In this document: piece by piece, positions 39,212-52,696 of the stretch
How the letters are laid out: each line of letters begins with the position of its first letter
Position numbering within the stretch: the first letter of the stretch is position 1
Assembly (NCBI GenBank): GCA_951406725.2
Contig: OX597814.1
Span: 71,362,001 to 71,426,000 of the forward strand
Length of the DNA stretch: 64,000 nucleotides
Reading direction: 5' to 3'
Origin: Octopus vulgaris
Lineage: Eukaryota
Notes under the pieces: model-generated
Database searches by the model: none
What the model was told of the DNA's origin: nothing
Seen by the model: the letters and a program-made list of their open reading frames with translations, nothing else
Translations under genes and position numbers: made by a program

Positions 39212-39775
39212 TTGGGTTGGTAACTAAGTTCCCACGTTTTTTTTAAATTTTGGAATTTATTGTGTTTTTAAATATTGCAATCTATTTTTTTCAAGAATTC
39301 TATTTTTGAATCATTTGGAATTTATTTATTTTTTTTTTTCTAGTTAATTTTAGTTAATTTTTGTTTATTTTCAAATCATTAAAATGGAATGTCAAGTTAC
39401 TAAAAACAAGCATTTTCGACACCGCCTTTTTGATTTTAATCAAGGTTCTAAGGCCGCAAAAGGTGCTCACAGCATTTGTGCTGTGTATGGAGAGGGTGCC
39501 ATAGCTGAAAGAACTGCTCGTGATTGGTATGCCAAGTTTAAAAATGGAAATTTTGACCTCAAAGATGCACCTCATTCTGGTCGTCCAGTTGAATTCGATG
39601 AAGAGCGATTAAACCAACTTTTGCACGAAAATTCTCATCAAACATCAAGGGAACCGGCAGAGAAAATGGAATGCTCCCACACTGCTATAGAGAAGCATCT
39701 TCACTCGATGGGAAAGGTTCAGAAGTATGGAGCATGGGTTCCACATGCTTTAAGTGATAACAACAAAAAATCAAC
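39212..39775 (+). mobile_element. mariner element, 5' half (left TIR and HTH region)
   Basis: TA-TTGGGTTGGTAACTAAGTTCCC end; ORF 39384-39794 has HFRH...WYAKFKNGNFDLKDAPHSGRP...GKVQKYGAWVPHAL; the catalytic domain is missing. Confidence 0.88.
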
Positions 39776-39789
39776 AAGCAGTGGTGGAG

Positions 39790-39963
39790 GATAAACACAT
39801 ACACACAAACTTCTTTTAGTTTCTGTCAACCAAATCCATTCACAAGGTTTTGGTAGGCCCAGGGCTATATTTGAAGATGCTTGCCAAAAGTGCCATGCAG
39901 TGGGACTGGACCTGAAACCATGTGATTGGGAAACAAACTTCATACCACACAGCTACACCTGTG
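39790..39963 (-). mobile_element. Family-1 SINE, 5' half
   Basis: CCAAATCCATTCACAAGG...GAAGATGCTTGCCAAAAGTGCCATGCAGTGGGACTGGACC...ACCACACAGC. Confidence 0.75.
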
Positions 39964-42900
39964 CTTAAATGTATGTGTATGTATCTATAAAGACTATATA
40001 TATGTATGAACAAATCTCTCTCTTTTTCTCTGTATAAACATACACATATGTACACACAAATATACACATATGCAAGTATGTGTGTGTGTGTGCATGTGTA
40101 AATATGTATGTGATAGTGCAGTACCAAACCACTAAAATGTGATATCATATGTCCAATTACTATTATAAGAAGGATAATCATATAATCTCTGTGTTTTGCC
40201 ATTTCTTTCTCGGTTACTTTATATACTCTTACTCTTTCATTTAATCAAGCTTTCATTTAATCTTTGTATGCTTTTCAATTAAGTTTTACACTTATATAAA
40301 CATAAATATCTATTATATATCTTTCCATTTAATATCCATTGATTAGGTCTTTTATACTTTGTTAATGGAAAACTTGCACATTTTCACAACTAGTATAAAT
40401 ACATATAATTTATATTAGGTATCATCAAATGTTTTCAGAAAAAGACCAGGCAGGAAATGTTTGTATGTCTTCTATGTTTTTCATTGACTTGCTTCAGTCT
40501 TGGACTGCAGTCATGCTGGGGAATTGCCTTTACCTAATAATGCATCTGCAGAAGGTCTTGAACTCATAACTATCAGATCATTAAGGTTAATCATAAAAGT
40601 CTGATGCTTAACCAATATGCTAATAGACATGAGTCCAGAAAGAAATGAAAAACTTCTCACTAGCTAACTAAGAAAAAGATACTAAATTCAGAGGGACAAA
40701 AGTAAAAGTGATGTCCTAAATGCAATGTCTTCAATTAATTTTTTATTTGCAAATTTCTAGAAACATGTTTATCCATCTGGATATATAATGAACATGTAAA
40801 TTATGATTCAAACATATCCAAATTCTCCTGTAGTGGACACATGGCTTCCCCTATCAACTAGCTATCATGTTTATTTAGCCTACTTTTTATATCCAATTTC
40901 TGAGACCATATTTAGAATATAATTACAAACACAAAAACAAGCATATACAATGCCAGAAAGTGAGGGAGGCCAATAACAGTTTTCTATGTTGAAAGGGGAT
41001 GATGTTATTTTCCTAATATATACACATCCAACACCAAAAGCACTATGAATAAGCCCACTTAAATAATTTTAAAAAAATTCGGCTAACTTTGTTTACTATT
41101 ATAGGAAAACTGTCTCAACCATAAAAGGAAAGATTAAAAAACAGTGTTACCATATTGACCAACAAAAACCTGTCTCATTATCTAAAGGTGATAAGACAAG
41201 AATAAGCATACTTCTGGTGATTAATTTGCTTATAATTACAATTCAAACTAGCTAATTAGAGTTACTATACTAATCAGTTAAAATATTGTTGTGAAGTTAA
41301 TTGATGCATTCTTTGGAGCTTATAAAAACTGAAAAGAGTGGAGTTAGACAGACCAGATTTTGCTATTACTTTTTTTCAATACCTTTTTCTATTAATAAAA
41401 ACACACACAACAAGTAGAACAAGAAAGAAAGTAAGCCTTACAACCATTAACCAAATTCAGCTATTTTATCTTTTTTCAAGCGAAACTCTAAAGGACAAAC
41501 AGATGACAAATGCAAAGTTGATTTCATTTGCCTATTCTCTCTTTTTGTTGATTTCATGTTAATCCTTTTGTGAGTCAAGTACTTCAGACACTCAGTTAAC
41601 ATTTCAACCCTAAAAATGCCGTTAAGTGTATGAAGTGCTTATAGTTTATTAGGTGAATATATGTAGACACCTATACAAATAGACATACTTTTTTAAAAGC
41701 AATGGTCACAATCCCACCCAAGGAGAATCTTTAGTAAAAACTTGTTTTATGCAATGAGATGCAGAATTGTACATTTCTATAATATTCTTAGCAGTGGCTA
41801 TCCACTATGTCAAATAAAAAATGATTTATTCAGATTATTTAAAGTTTAATGGTAGTAATCTTAACCAGTGACAAAGAATGAAGAAAAAAACAATCAGAAA
41901 GCAGAACCTAAACAATATATATCTATTTGCTCTCCCTCTCTCTCTCAAACACACACACACAATACACACAAGCAATTTGACAGCTATGCCAACCTATCAT
42001 TGTAGTGGAAGTAAAGCCTTACATGACAACACCTAGACTATTGAACAAAAATGGAAGTATAACAGTTATGTGAATAGCATTAAGAAGCTCTGGTTAGCTT
42101 CACATCTTAAGAGTTTACAGAGTTATAACTTTCAAAGTATATTACATGCTTTTTGGCACAATAGTCTTTTAAGTACACCTCTACATAGTCACAGTTGGAT
42201 ATATGCATAAAGATATACTTCCCTTCCTTTCTCACATCTCTATTTTGAAAAGTTTATTAACCATTACTTAGAAGCAGAACATTGGTAAAACACCAATACA
42301 GAACATAAAAAAAATATAATAAAACAAATTTAATTGATAGCATGAGAAAATAAACATGGAAGATATTTTAATGAGAACAACTCACTATTGCATTAAAATA
42401 TATAACAGCATATAGCAATTAGAAATGAAGATCTTTACTAAAGAAAATTATAACTTTCTATCATAATTATTTTCATTAATTCAGTTTTATATAGCCTAAT
42501 CTCTTCTCCCACTTTCACACATGCATGCGTATACAATAAAATCAGTAGCTAAACAGTGCAATGTTCCATCAAATATAGAAATGGCTGATAATTTGCAGGA
42601 GAAATTTCAATACTTTTTTTTACATGAAATTTTTATTTTTATAGGCAATAAGCTATTAACAACTGAAGAGAGAAAGAAAAGTAGAAAGCAAAAGGTTTAA
42701 TGTATTTCAGAAAGAAAGATGTGAATTGTCCACAAAACTATATTCAAGATTAAAAATATGTACCTAGATATGTCCAGCATGTTTGTGTTAGAATTAAACA
42801 TAATCACTAGAATTGGAAATATAATCGGCAATAAAAGTACAAAATGCAGCATGTTAGTGTAATGTTAGAAAAAGGAGATATCTCTGGAGGGTTTGGATAA

Positions 42901-42986
42901 ATCTTACAATTCCAAGAACTTTACGGAACAGAATAGTTGACACCTTTCATTCTTCGTAGCTAAATTATGTTATGTCTGGCTCTCTT

Positions 42987-44004
42987 GGATAGTTTCAATC
43001 TCAGTCACAGATTTTTTAATCAATTTTTTTTAACTAAACAGTTTGAAACTTCGGATACTGGTTGAATGTGTCACATAGAACATGGTTTACCCTTAATGTT
43101 TTTGACAAAATTTTGTATTTTAGAAGTTATTTCATGTTAAAGTTTGGGTAATTTTAACCAATCAGTGACATGTATTCAGTTGAAGAAAGTTATTGCTGTT
43201 TGCGAAAGTAATCAAGCAAAAACTTCCGGGTCATCTGTAGTAAATTCATTTTTCAATCGCGTGTGGTTTATTCCATGTTGTTCACCTTGGCTGCTAAGTC
43301 TTTGGATATTTTTCACCACTCTGTTTTATTTTTGCCTATAATTATTTTCACCACTCTGTTTTATTTTTGCATAAAATTATTTTCATGACTGTGTTTTATT
43401 TTATTTTTGCTTAATTTTCAACAACTTTTGTTTACTTGCCTGTTGTATTTTATTTTTTGTATTTGGAAGTATGGCTGCAGCCAAATCATATAGCCTCTGC
43501 AATTTGATGGATACATTTAAAACTGAGGAGGATGCGGCAGCATACTTCGCAGAGAAGGCTATAATACCTTTAGTTAAAAAGTGTAGAAATGGGCACTTGA
43601 TGAAAAAGAAAGTGGTCCGAGAGAATCTTTACTGGCAGTGCAGTCGCAAAGGTTGCAATGAGACTGTGTCTGTCAGAAAAGGTATATGGCTGGACGGTAG
43701 TGCACTTACTCTGCAGACTGTAGTAATTTTTTTGTAGTCTTGGATCAAGGAACTGACTACAGTTTGTTATTGTATAGAAGAACTGGGGATAACAGCAATA
43801 ACTTTCTTCAGCTGAATACATGTCACTGATTGGTTAAAATTACCCAAATTTTAACATGAAATAACTTCTAAAATACAAAATTTTGTCAAAAACATTAAGG
43901 GTAAACCATGTTCTATGTGACACATTCAACCAGTGTCCGAAGTTTCAAACTGTTTAGTTAACAAAAATCAATTTTAAAATCTGTGACTGAGATTGAAAAG
44001 ATCT
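42987..44004 (+). mobile_element. Merlin (IS1595-like) non-autonomous element with 214-bp TIRs
   Basis: 42987-43200 and 43791-44004 are near-perfect reverse complements; 8-bp TSD GCTCTCTT / GCTCTCTC. Internal ORF 43471-43737 (KCRNGHLM...WQCSRKGCNETVSVRKGIW) resembles the N-terminal zinc ribbon of Merlin transposases; no DDE domain present. Confidence 0.8.
43307..43415. repeat. ~33-bp tandem repeat (about 3 copies) inside the Merlin element
   Basis: TATTTT(T)CACCACTCTGTTTTATTTTTGC occurs twice, followed by a diverged third copy. Confidence 0.75.
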
Positions 44005-44173
44005 GCTCTCTCTCTAGCAATCCAGGTAAAGTTTTCTGCTATTTATCCTTTCTCCTATGTCATACGCTTTGAATTTATAGGAAAGGAAAATTTTGTAGCA
44101 GTCATAGAAAATGGTCATTAAAACTAGATCACATATTTAGCTTGTGTAGACCTTATCATTAAAGGGATATATA

Positions 44174-45334
44174 CAGAGACATGACAGAGGTAAATAGACA
44201 CCCCATAAAATATTGTTCTATGCTTATCTTAACTTGAAAGGTTAATATTTTTTATTAATTGACATATTTACGTTTCAGGTTCTATATGTGGCTATTTGAT
44301 CATGTGCATCAATCTGAAGGTGGACTTAGTCAGTGTAAAAAACTGCAGAAAACCTTGGAATCCTGCTTTCTACAGTTAATAGAGTGATTGTGCAATTCAC
44401 CAGTGAAGGAAAGGAATCCACATCACCTCTCCCATGTTGACCAGGGCCCTCTGACAGGACCCTTCGTTTTGTTGCAAGGTATCTGACATAGCCGAACAAG
44501 TTGATGTCAGTCCCAGAACAACTGTTAGGTATCTCCACAAACTTAGCTACTATGGTAGAGCAGCAAAAAAGAAATCACATCTTCGACCAGCCAATATCAA
44601 AAGAGGAAAAGATCGGGCCAGTGAGATGGTGGAAAGGCTAACATTTTGGGACACTGTCATATTCTCCGAGGAATACAGATTCGCTGTATTTTCTGACAGT
44701 GGTCAACTCTGTAGACTCTGTGATCAAGAATTTGATGAGAAAAGGTTGCAGCCAACAATGAAATACAGCAGCTATTCTGTGATGGTCTGGGGAGCAATTT
44801 GGAGCACTGGTTGATCAGAACTGATGGAGAGTGATGAAAACATAAACCCAGATAAATGTGTGTCCATATTGCAGAAAGAACTCCTTCCAATCTTCTTCAG
44901 TGGTGAAACGATTAAAGAAGGCTTTTTATTTCTGGAAGATGAGATTCTTGCCACACAGCTAAAAAAGACCCAAGATTGGTTAGAAGAGAATGGCATTAAA
45001 AAGCTTCCATGATCATGTCAGTCATCAGATATGAACCCTATTGAACATCTCTGGAGCATAATGGACAGGACACTTCATTAAAAGAACTAGAAAGCATCTT
45101 CAAAGCCAGATCTTTTGAGATTACTACATGAAACTTGGCAAGAAATTCCTCGAGAATATTCATCTGATCAGTAGCATGCCTAATAGGGTCCTTGCAATGA
45201 AAAATGCAAAGGGCATATCTACTAAATATTAGATATTCACATTATAATAATTAATAAATAATTTGAATGTATAATTCCAGACTTAGATAAATTTTAAGAA
45301 TCACAAGGGTGTCTATTTACTTCTGTCATGTTTG
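44174..45334 (+). mobile_element. Tc1-like element, both TIRs, decayed DDE transposase
   Basis: TA-flanked ends CAGAGACATGACAGAGGTAAATAGACACCC / GGGTGTCTATTTACTTCTGTCATGTTTG; motifs WDTVIFSEEYRF, SVMVWGAI and QSSDMNPIEHLW. Confidence 0.88.
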
Positions 45335-45368
45335 TATATATATATATACATTAATTAAAATGATTAAA

Positions 45369-45373
<5 letters not shown>

Positions 45374-45428
<55 letters not shown>
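45374..45428. repeat. (TA)n microsatellite
   Basis: Pure TA run. Confidence 0.9.
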
Positions 45429-45430
<2 letters not shown>

Positions 45431-46269
45431 TTCAGGAGTATGTTATTTTTATTGATTAAAATGATGAAAGAAATAACTTAAACTATATTTGAATACAGGA
45501 TACAAAACACTCACTATCCTAAATATAGTGCTGATTTCAACGTAACTGTCCAATTAATTTTTAACATACATTTCACCAACATTTTAAGATGTAAGATTAT
45601 ATAGACCTTGTGCAAAACAAAAAGTTTGTATACAAATATTTGTCACTGACATATATTAAGGCAAGATCAGCCCATGGCATTTTATATTTTAAATTTTTAT
45701 AGTACACCATAAATAACAGTATATTAGTTACATGCAGTAGTAATGGTAGAATAAGTCATCAAAGTACAGACACATGTATCAACACATGCACACATATAAT
45801 ATACACACAAATAATGTTATTGCATCAGTAAAAGTTCTATGATAGTCAGTCTTATAAAATTTATTTATTTTAATCAGGAGGAAGAATAGCGTCTACGACT
45901 CTTCTCGGGACATCTGACTTTGGTGGAAGTTAACTTTGCATACATTTTTGAAAGTGGATAAAAACATGAAAATAGCAGGTTTTGAAACTAGGTGAAAGAT
46001 TAAACTTATCACCTAAGAACAGAAGTAGTTGCTCTGAAGAATGTTTATACAATATCCATGAGCCAAATTTCTATGTTAAAAAAACCCAGCTGACCAAGAT
46101 GCCATGAAGAGGTAGGAAACCTTCATGGTAACAAAGAGAACCTCTTAACCTAACAGATAACACTAAAAATTGAAGATTTAAATAATTTACCTGAAGAATA
46201 ATTATTAAAAAAAAAATGAAAGCTAAAATTTAAAAATTCAACCCTTCAAAAAAAAAAAATCTCCCTTAC

Positions 46270-46408
46270 TTGTTTATTTCCTGCTTTTTTCCGTTTAAGG
46301 TATGGCCGGAAGTCATCGCCGTTCCTCACAAAATAATAGTAAGATATCAATCGGTCTAATGGTTTTCTGATGACATTGATAAAAATTGGTTTTTTCAGGA
46401 CCCCAAAT
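46270..46408 (-). CDS. HS2ST1: Heparan sulfate 2-O-sulfotransferase, internal coding exon (139 bp; equivalent to vertebrate exon 4; 3'-phosphate-binding motif)
   Basis: tgtcAG|A TTT GGG GTC CTG...AAT AAA CAA|GTaag. Translation [46 protein letters not shown] matches HS2ST1 [46 protein letters not shown]. It ends in phase 0 and joins the 98-bp exon in frame. Confidence 0.95.
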
Positions 46409-48154
46409 CTGACAATAAAAAAGCATAATATCTGTTGAAAGCGTTGTCATGAAATACTGAAATTCATTATGCTTCATAACTTAAGAAATTTTGAAGTAAT
46501 TTAAAATTCACTCATCAAATATACATGTATGTGTATCTCTCACGCTTTCAATATATATATAAGACACTAAAACTGATACAAAATTTTCTGTATAATTGAA
46601 TAGATTTACATTTTTTAATGATTGGATATTGCCCAAAACAAAGAGGAAATGAAAACTGATAATCGCCAGGCAATATGTTATGAATATTCTCTATGGTAAT
46701 TACATATAAGTAATTTCCATGCAAATATACTGAAATAGTCTTATGAATGAATAAAAATGTTCAATCAAGTTGTAAATGGAAAGGAAAGCTTTTAACATAC
46801 AAAAAAACAATTGCAAGTTGAATAAATTATACAATTATGAATAAAGAAAAGAAGTCACAAGAAAGACAAATGTTGTTAAAGAATACTGCAAGAGTGGTCA
46901 TATTTTAATGTTGCTAGTTTATAGAAAAATAGCATAACATTCTGAATAGATCTGTAAATATTTGGAAAACAAATTTAGCAAAAGAAATCAAAGCTATTTG
47001 AGTAAAATATAAAGACAATTCACTGAATATGTTAGTTCATACAAATGTAAGTGCACAGGAAAGATAAATCTAATTTCATTAAACTATAGAAATAGATTAT
47101 ATGTTACATATTGCATTTCACTATATTACTAAAATGAAATACTTATGTGACTAGTTAAAATAATTGAAAATATCTACATAACCCGAAGGTCTCAGTTTTG
47201 AAAAGAAAGCCTTTTCTTTTATAAAGAAAAATATTCTTGACATATAGAATAGTATTAAGCAGAACAAAACCACTAGTAATGCAGTATGCTGTATTTCTTC
47301 CAAATATCTAAATAGAATCAGTTTAAAGGATTAGTTGATAGCAAATGTATGTATAAAATATTGTAACCAACAAATGTCAATAAAACTAACAAAAAACTAA
47401 AGATAAAGTAATGTTTTGAATGCAGTTAAGCAGGAGTTAGATCATTTTGAAGTTGATACCGAAAAATCACAAACCTGCTTCCACAGTTTATTACAATTTA
47501 ATAACAAATGTGTTGGCCATTGATACTGAGATCAGCCAAAGAAAAGAATAGCCATCTTTGTAAGGTGTAATAGCTATTGAACAAGAGAAAACAATGAAGT
47601 CCTTAAATCCCCCAAATCAACCAAAAAGGATAATCATATCATAAGTGTGGAAGTCTATGTATGTGGTCAGTAGCTGCTCCAAAATGTCAAGATATTGCTT
47701 TTCTATGTGTCATGACTGTTGCTTAAACAATTCACAATAGTATCCACAAGAGACAGCTGTAGGAGAAATATGGAAATAGATATACATCCCAGTATGAGGA
47801 ATATTGATGGAATATTCTCATCAAACTGCGACTTAATGCAAACACAACATGCCTAATATAGTTGTTTTAGAAAATAAAAACTATATACTGATATAGAGCA
47901 GTCAGATGATTGGTAGATATAAACAGTCATTTAAAATTAGTGAGAAGAAAAAGTACTGACACTCAATTACTTTAAGGTTTAGATATTTTTATGTGATTAT
48001 AAATTTATACCTTTATCCATTATCATTATTTATTTTACTAAGTGTTTAAGTAATAACACAAAATATCCAGGGTTTCTAGGTAAAGAAAACTATCATTTAA
48101 CTTGTATCCTGCATATTTAGGCAGTAAGTGGAGCATAACTTTAAGACACAACAA

Positions 48155-48985
48155 TGCCAGAATGCAGGTTTTATTCTTATTTTTGAAGGCCTTCAGGTTC
48201 GTGGACTTGTAGACAAATCCTGGTTTCGTCATGAAGCCAGCAGCATAGCCACACATAATGAGCATCACTCTGTCCTTCTGTACCTTAAATCCTGTGGCTC
48301 TGGATTCATCCTTCATGATATACATTCTGAAAGGCATCCTCTTTCAGAACAAGCCAGTCTCATCAATACTGAAAACCTGTTCCAGCTTGTATCCCTTGTC
48401 CTTGATGATCTACCTGAAGGTCTTGAGGTACTTCTCAGTGGCTTCTTTGTTGGCTGATTCTGTCTCTCCATGTAGGGAAACACACTTTGTTTTAAACCGT
48501 TTCTGGAAATGGTCAAACCATCCCTTGCTGGTTTGAAAATCTTCAGGCTCCGGTGCTGTCAATGGTGCTGGTTGTGGTTCTTCAGTGCCTTCTGCTTCAT
48601 CTCCTTTGTCAAACTGCTGGTATAATTTCTGTGCTTTCTCATGGATGATGTTACTGCTCAAGAGGATGTTTTTCTTCTTGCAGTCTTTGATCCACAATGC
48701 CAAGGCAGATTCCATCTTGACAAAGTGCTTATTTCTCACTATCGTTATCTTTTTGGCACTTTCACAGAAACTTTCTGCTATGGTAGTCCTGATCGCCACC
48801 TCTTTCTTCTTTAAGTAGCATATGGTGCTTTCATTGACAACATAATGGCGACCAACTGCAGCATAACTTTTACCTTCCCGGAACATATCCAACAGTTGTG
48901 CCTTGTCATGGAGTGTCATAACCTTTTTGTGGCGCTTAGGCTCACTGCCAGAAGCCTAAGAAGATATAGGGCATTTGGGCAGCAT
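48155..48985 (-). mobile_element. Tigger/pogo (TIGD1-like) transposase fragment
   Basis: MTLHDKAQLLD...VGRHYVVNESTI (psq-type HTH), KMESALALWI...FQTSKGWFDHFQKR (CENP-B HTH), then QVFSIDETGLF*KRMP...GFKVQKDRV; interrupted by stops, no TIR found. Confidence 0.88.
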
Positions 48986-49197
48986 CTTAGGGCTTCATAA
49001 CATGTGAAAAACACAGCACTCAACCAAATACTGGAGATAGCTACTGGATGCAGTTTTACGAAAAACCTACAAAAAAATTTTCATTGTGTCTAATATGTGC
49101 ATACCACCAATGGGAGATCGAGCAGAGATTAGAAATAATCAAGGTTTTGAAAAATTTAGTTTGTATTACCACTAGATACAGTAATCTATTCTATAAT

Positions 49198-49202
<5 letters not shown>

Positions 49203-49247
<45 letters not shown>
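49203..49247. repeat. (GA)n microsatellite
   Basis: Pure GA run. Confidence 0.9.
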
Positions 49248-49250
<3 letters not shown>

Positions 49251-49444
49251 GACCAGCAAGTAACCTAATTTCAATGAGGATATTGGCTAACGACCTTAAA
49301 AATTATCCTGTTGAAATAAACAACGTGTATGATCAAATGCAGTGATGACTTAAAAAAAAAAGCACTGGTATAAAATTAACGTTCAGTCTCGTGTTGTATA
49401 CATCTTTGATCTGTCATCACTAGATCAAGTAATACCAGTGCAAT

Positions 49445-52000
49445 TGGGGCTCGCAAAAAACCGACAATGCCCAAAACCAAGTTTAAGTATAATTCTCAAA
49501 ACCAGTTAAAAACCGGTTTTCGTGGATTTAGAGCCGGTTTTCCCCATAACGAAGAAGTTTGTCGTATATTGTATTTTATTTATATACTTACACAGAGAAA
49601 GAGAGAAAGTAACAGGTTGACTGATATCCACAAATATGTTGATGGTGCCTGTATCTGTATCTATGTACAAACAATAACAAAAAATAATGGTATTATATTT
49701 ATTTAATCAGGAATGCAACGTTCTTCCAAGTTGTATTTTTGAGAATCAATCAAGTTTCTTGACTTGCTTGATGATTCACTTTCCTTCGAAAATAATCTTT
49801 TAAAAATAAAATGCATTCAGTGTTTTACCTGACAAACTTGTCCTAAATTTTGTGTTGAAATGTCCAGTAATTCCGACTGGACACTAGTTGCTTTAGTTCT
49901 AAGCAATGCTCTACAAGGTTTCTTGAGCTTTTCACTTCTGTTCAAAGTTGCTTCAAAATATTTGAATTCTTTAGTTCATTAACTTCGTAAGTAGATGGAA
50001 CAACAGTAACACTTGTTTTTAAGTTCCCTCCTATTTCATTTTCTGTTGTGTTCTCAGCGTCATGTTCAGGAAATAATCTTCTATATGTTTGTTCAGCATA
50101 CTTCCTTAAATGTTGTTTCGTTAAAAAAAGGAAAGGTCCAGATATTGATTCACCTTTAAACTTCCTTGGGTTATGAAAATACCTCAAATCTATGCATAAG
50201 TCTTTCATGAAGATTTAGAGCCAAAGGGTTGCCGACGATATTAAGTTTATTCAATAAAAATTTTATAGAATATTCCGCTTTCAGTAAATCTGTATCATCA
50301 GCGCAAATAGCCTTCAAAATAATTTCTACTGGATGCAGAATTTCATGTAGTAAATCGAGAGATTTCCATTCTTCGTCAGCTATGGCATCTGTGGAAAGTA
50401 CTGCTCATAGAGCATTTGGAATGCAGTTTTTCAATTTTAAAAATCTCTCAATCATATGGAATGTGCTATTCCACCTAGTTCTGCAATCCAGTATAAGTTT
50501 ATATTCTCTGTTATCAAAGTTCGCTCGTACAAAATCTTGCAAAATTTCATTTTTTGTAGGAGATTTACGGAAAAGTTTTGAAATTTTTCTTACCTTATTT
50601 AAAACTTTGTTAAATTCAGGTTTTAGCTGGAGAAAACAAGCATTTTCGTGAGCCAAATCTGTTTGAAAAAGTATGTCTTGTTTGCTTATATCAGCTTCAT
50701 CATCACTATCGTCTGTTATAGCGATCTCTTCACTTTTTTTTTATCAGTCTCATCGGTTGAGGCAATATTTTCAATATTTTTTTGATAGAGAATGTCAATC
50801 ACAGACAGATGTATGCAATGTGTGAGACATTGTTGGTGATCAGGTCTTATTTCTTTTCTGAATTTCACCATCATAGAAGCACCATCCATCGTACAGCCAA
50901 CAATGTGTATATCCAAATCCAATCCAAATTCACGAAGATGTCCTCTCTCAAATTGCTCTGTTCTCCTGCTATTAAGGGAGCCATGGATCTCAATAAGACC
51001 CAACAACCAATGATTGTCTTTCCCATGAACATTTATGTTCATATATCGTTTATTTTGAATTTATGTGTATTCATCCAATGTCAATGAGTAGCGAATCCCC
51101 AGCACTACTAATTTTCGAAATAATGAATAAGTTCTTCTTTCTTGATTATCTAATAATTCATTACCATACTCCTGACTCCATTTGCAGATGTTGGTTGTAA
51201 TTTATCATATTTGCCTCTCTGACTATGAAGATTTCTCTGTATAAAATCACTTTTGGTGATTGAATTGAAAGAGAATCCATCCATAGCAGCTAACTTCGAA
51301 ACTTCTTCTTCCATTGATTTCTTTGTCAAAAAGTGTTCCATTGTTCTTGTCATTTTCACAGGAGGCTGGTTTGCATCTTGATTTATGCCGATTTGATGAA
51401 TTTTCTTCAAGTGCAAGATCAGAGACGTAGTAGATCCTCCAGAAGACTTCATGATCTTATCAGACTTATTGCATTGAGCTTCATCTTTGTTTTTTCCTAT
51501 CGAAAAATTTCCAAACAGTTGATTTTCTTTTTATCATGCTAGGGCTAATGAAAATAATTAAGAAAAAATTTAGTTAGTGTTACTTCCTTGAAATGAATCT
51601 GGAACTGGTTATTACATATGCTCAATGGGGAAAGATCACCTGACTGAAAACTAACAGCATCCCCTTGACTTGCTATAAATAAACCCTGTTACCTCCAAAT
51701 TCAAAGAGTAAGCCAGGGATTAGCGAAGGAAATGACAAGGTGATGATCTCAGGTTCAAGGGGAGAGAAGGTGAGAATTGATATGTTGTGATATGTTTCAA
51801 TGAAACAGACAGCACTCTCAACTAAAGGCAACCGACAACAGTTCAGTTAGTTCAGTTTCAACGATATTTCTTCAAAAGAAAAAAAAATGGAGAAATGTTT
51901 TGCGAAAATAAAAGAAATAGAAACAGCAAGCATTAAAATCGGACTTGGCAAATCCGTTTCGGTTTTACTGATCATAATATAAAACTGGTTTCGAGGCCTA
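49445..52000 (-). mobile_element. hAT DNA transposon, full span, decayed transposase
   Basis: 8-bp TSD AGTGCAAT (49437-49444) / GGTGCAAT (52001-52008); degenerate TIRs TGGGGCTCGCAAAA / GGTTTCGAGGCCTA. Minus-strand pieces GSTTSLILHLKKIH (BED finger end), CTMDGASMM, CLTHCIHL (CxxH), LILDCRTRWNST and KATSVQSE. Confidence 0.88.
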
Positions 52001-52476
52001 GGTGCAATACATTGTGTGTGTGTGTATATATATATATACACACACACATATATACTTTCACTACAATGAGAGGGTGGTGTTGAGAGACAAATAGAGCATG
52101 AAAGGGAAAGAGTGTGTGTATGTGTGAAATATAGATAGATGCCGCTAGGATTCAATTGAAAGCAGGAATAAGATACAGTGTACTTGTATCTAAAAAAAAA
52201 TCAAGCAACGTGATGCATAGCTATTCTAATCAGAGGGAACTTCCATAAACCAGTAAATACAGTATATTATTATTAATAATTTAGCCATAAAAAGTGTGAA
52301 AAAAATATATATTGCTACGAAAAATGCCATGAAATATCGTGGACAATATTTACGAATAGCTCTCACAATTAAAATTTTATTTCAAATGCTGCTCTAGATT
52401 ACATTCCCAACTTCAATTATTCTAGACACAGGTTACTAGACTTAGTACAAGTTTATCCAGTAAATAAATGTCTTAA

Positions 52477-52696
52477 CCCTTTAGCATTCAAACCGGCCAT
52501 ATCCGGCCAAAATATTTAACCTGTTTTATATTGAAACTGACCAGATCTCACCTCTCACCTCAGCCCTACCATGTTGTTCTAAAACTAAAAAATCACATCA
52601 CTGAAATCTCTAAACTACAAGATAATGCATGATTAATTCAAACCATTTTAAATAAACAAACATCACATTTGACAGAATAATCTGAATACTAAAGGG
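52477..52696. mobile_element. piggyBac-type MITE, second family (220 bp)
   Basis: TTAA at 52473-52476 and 52697-52700; 14-bp TIR CCCTTTAGCATTCA / TGAATACTAAAGGG with one mismatch. Confidence 0.85.

Noticed and set aside
50229-51542. Plus-strand ORFs of 140, 101 and 69 aa
   Set aside because: They are antisense to the hAT transposase fragments, with no independent support.
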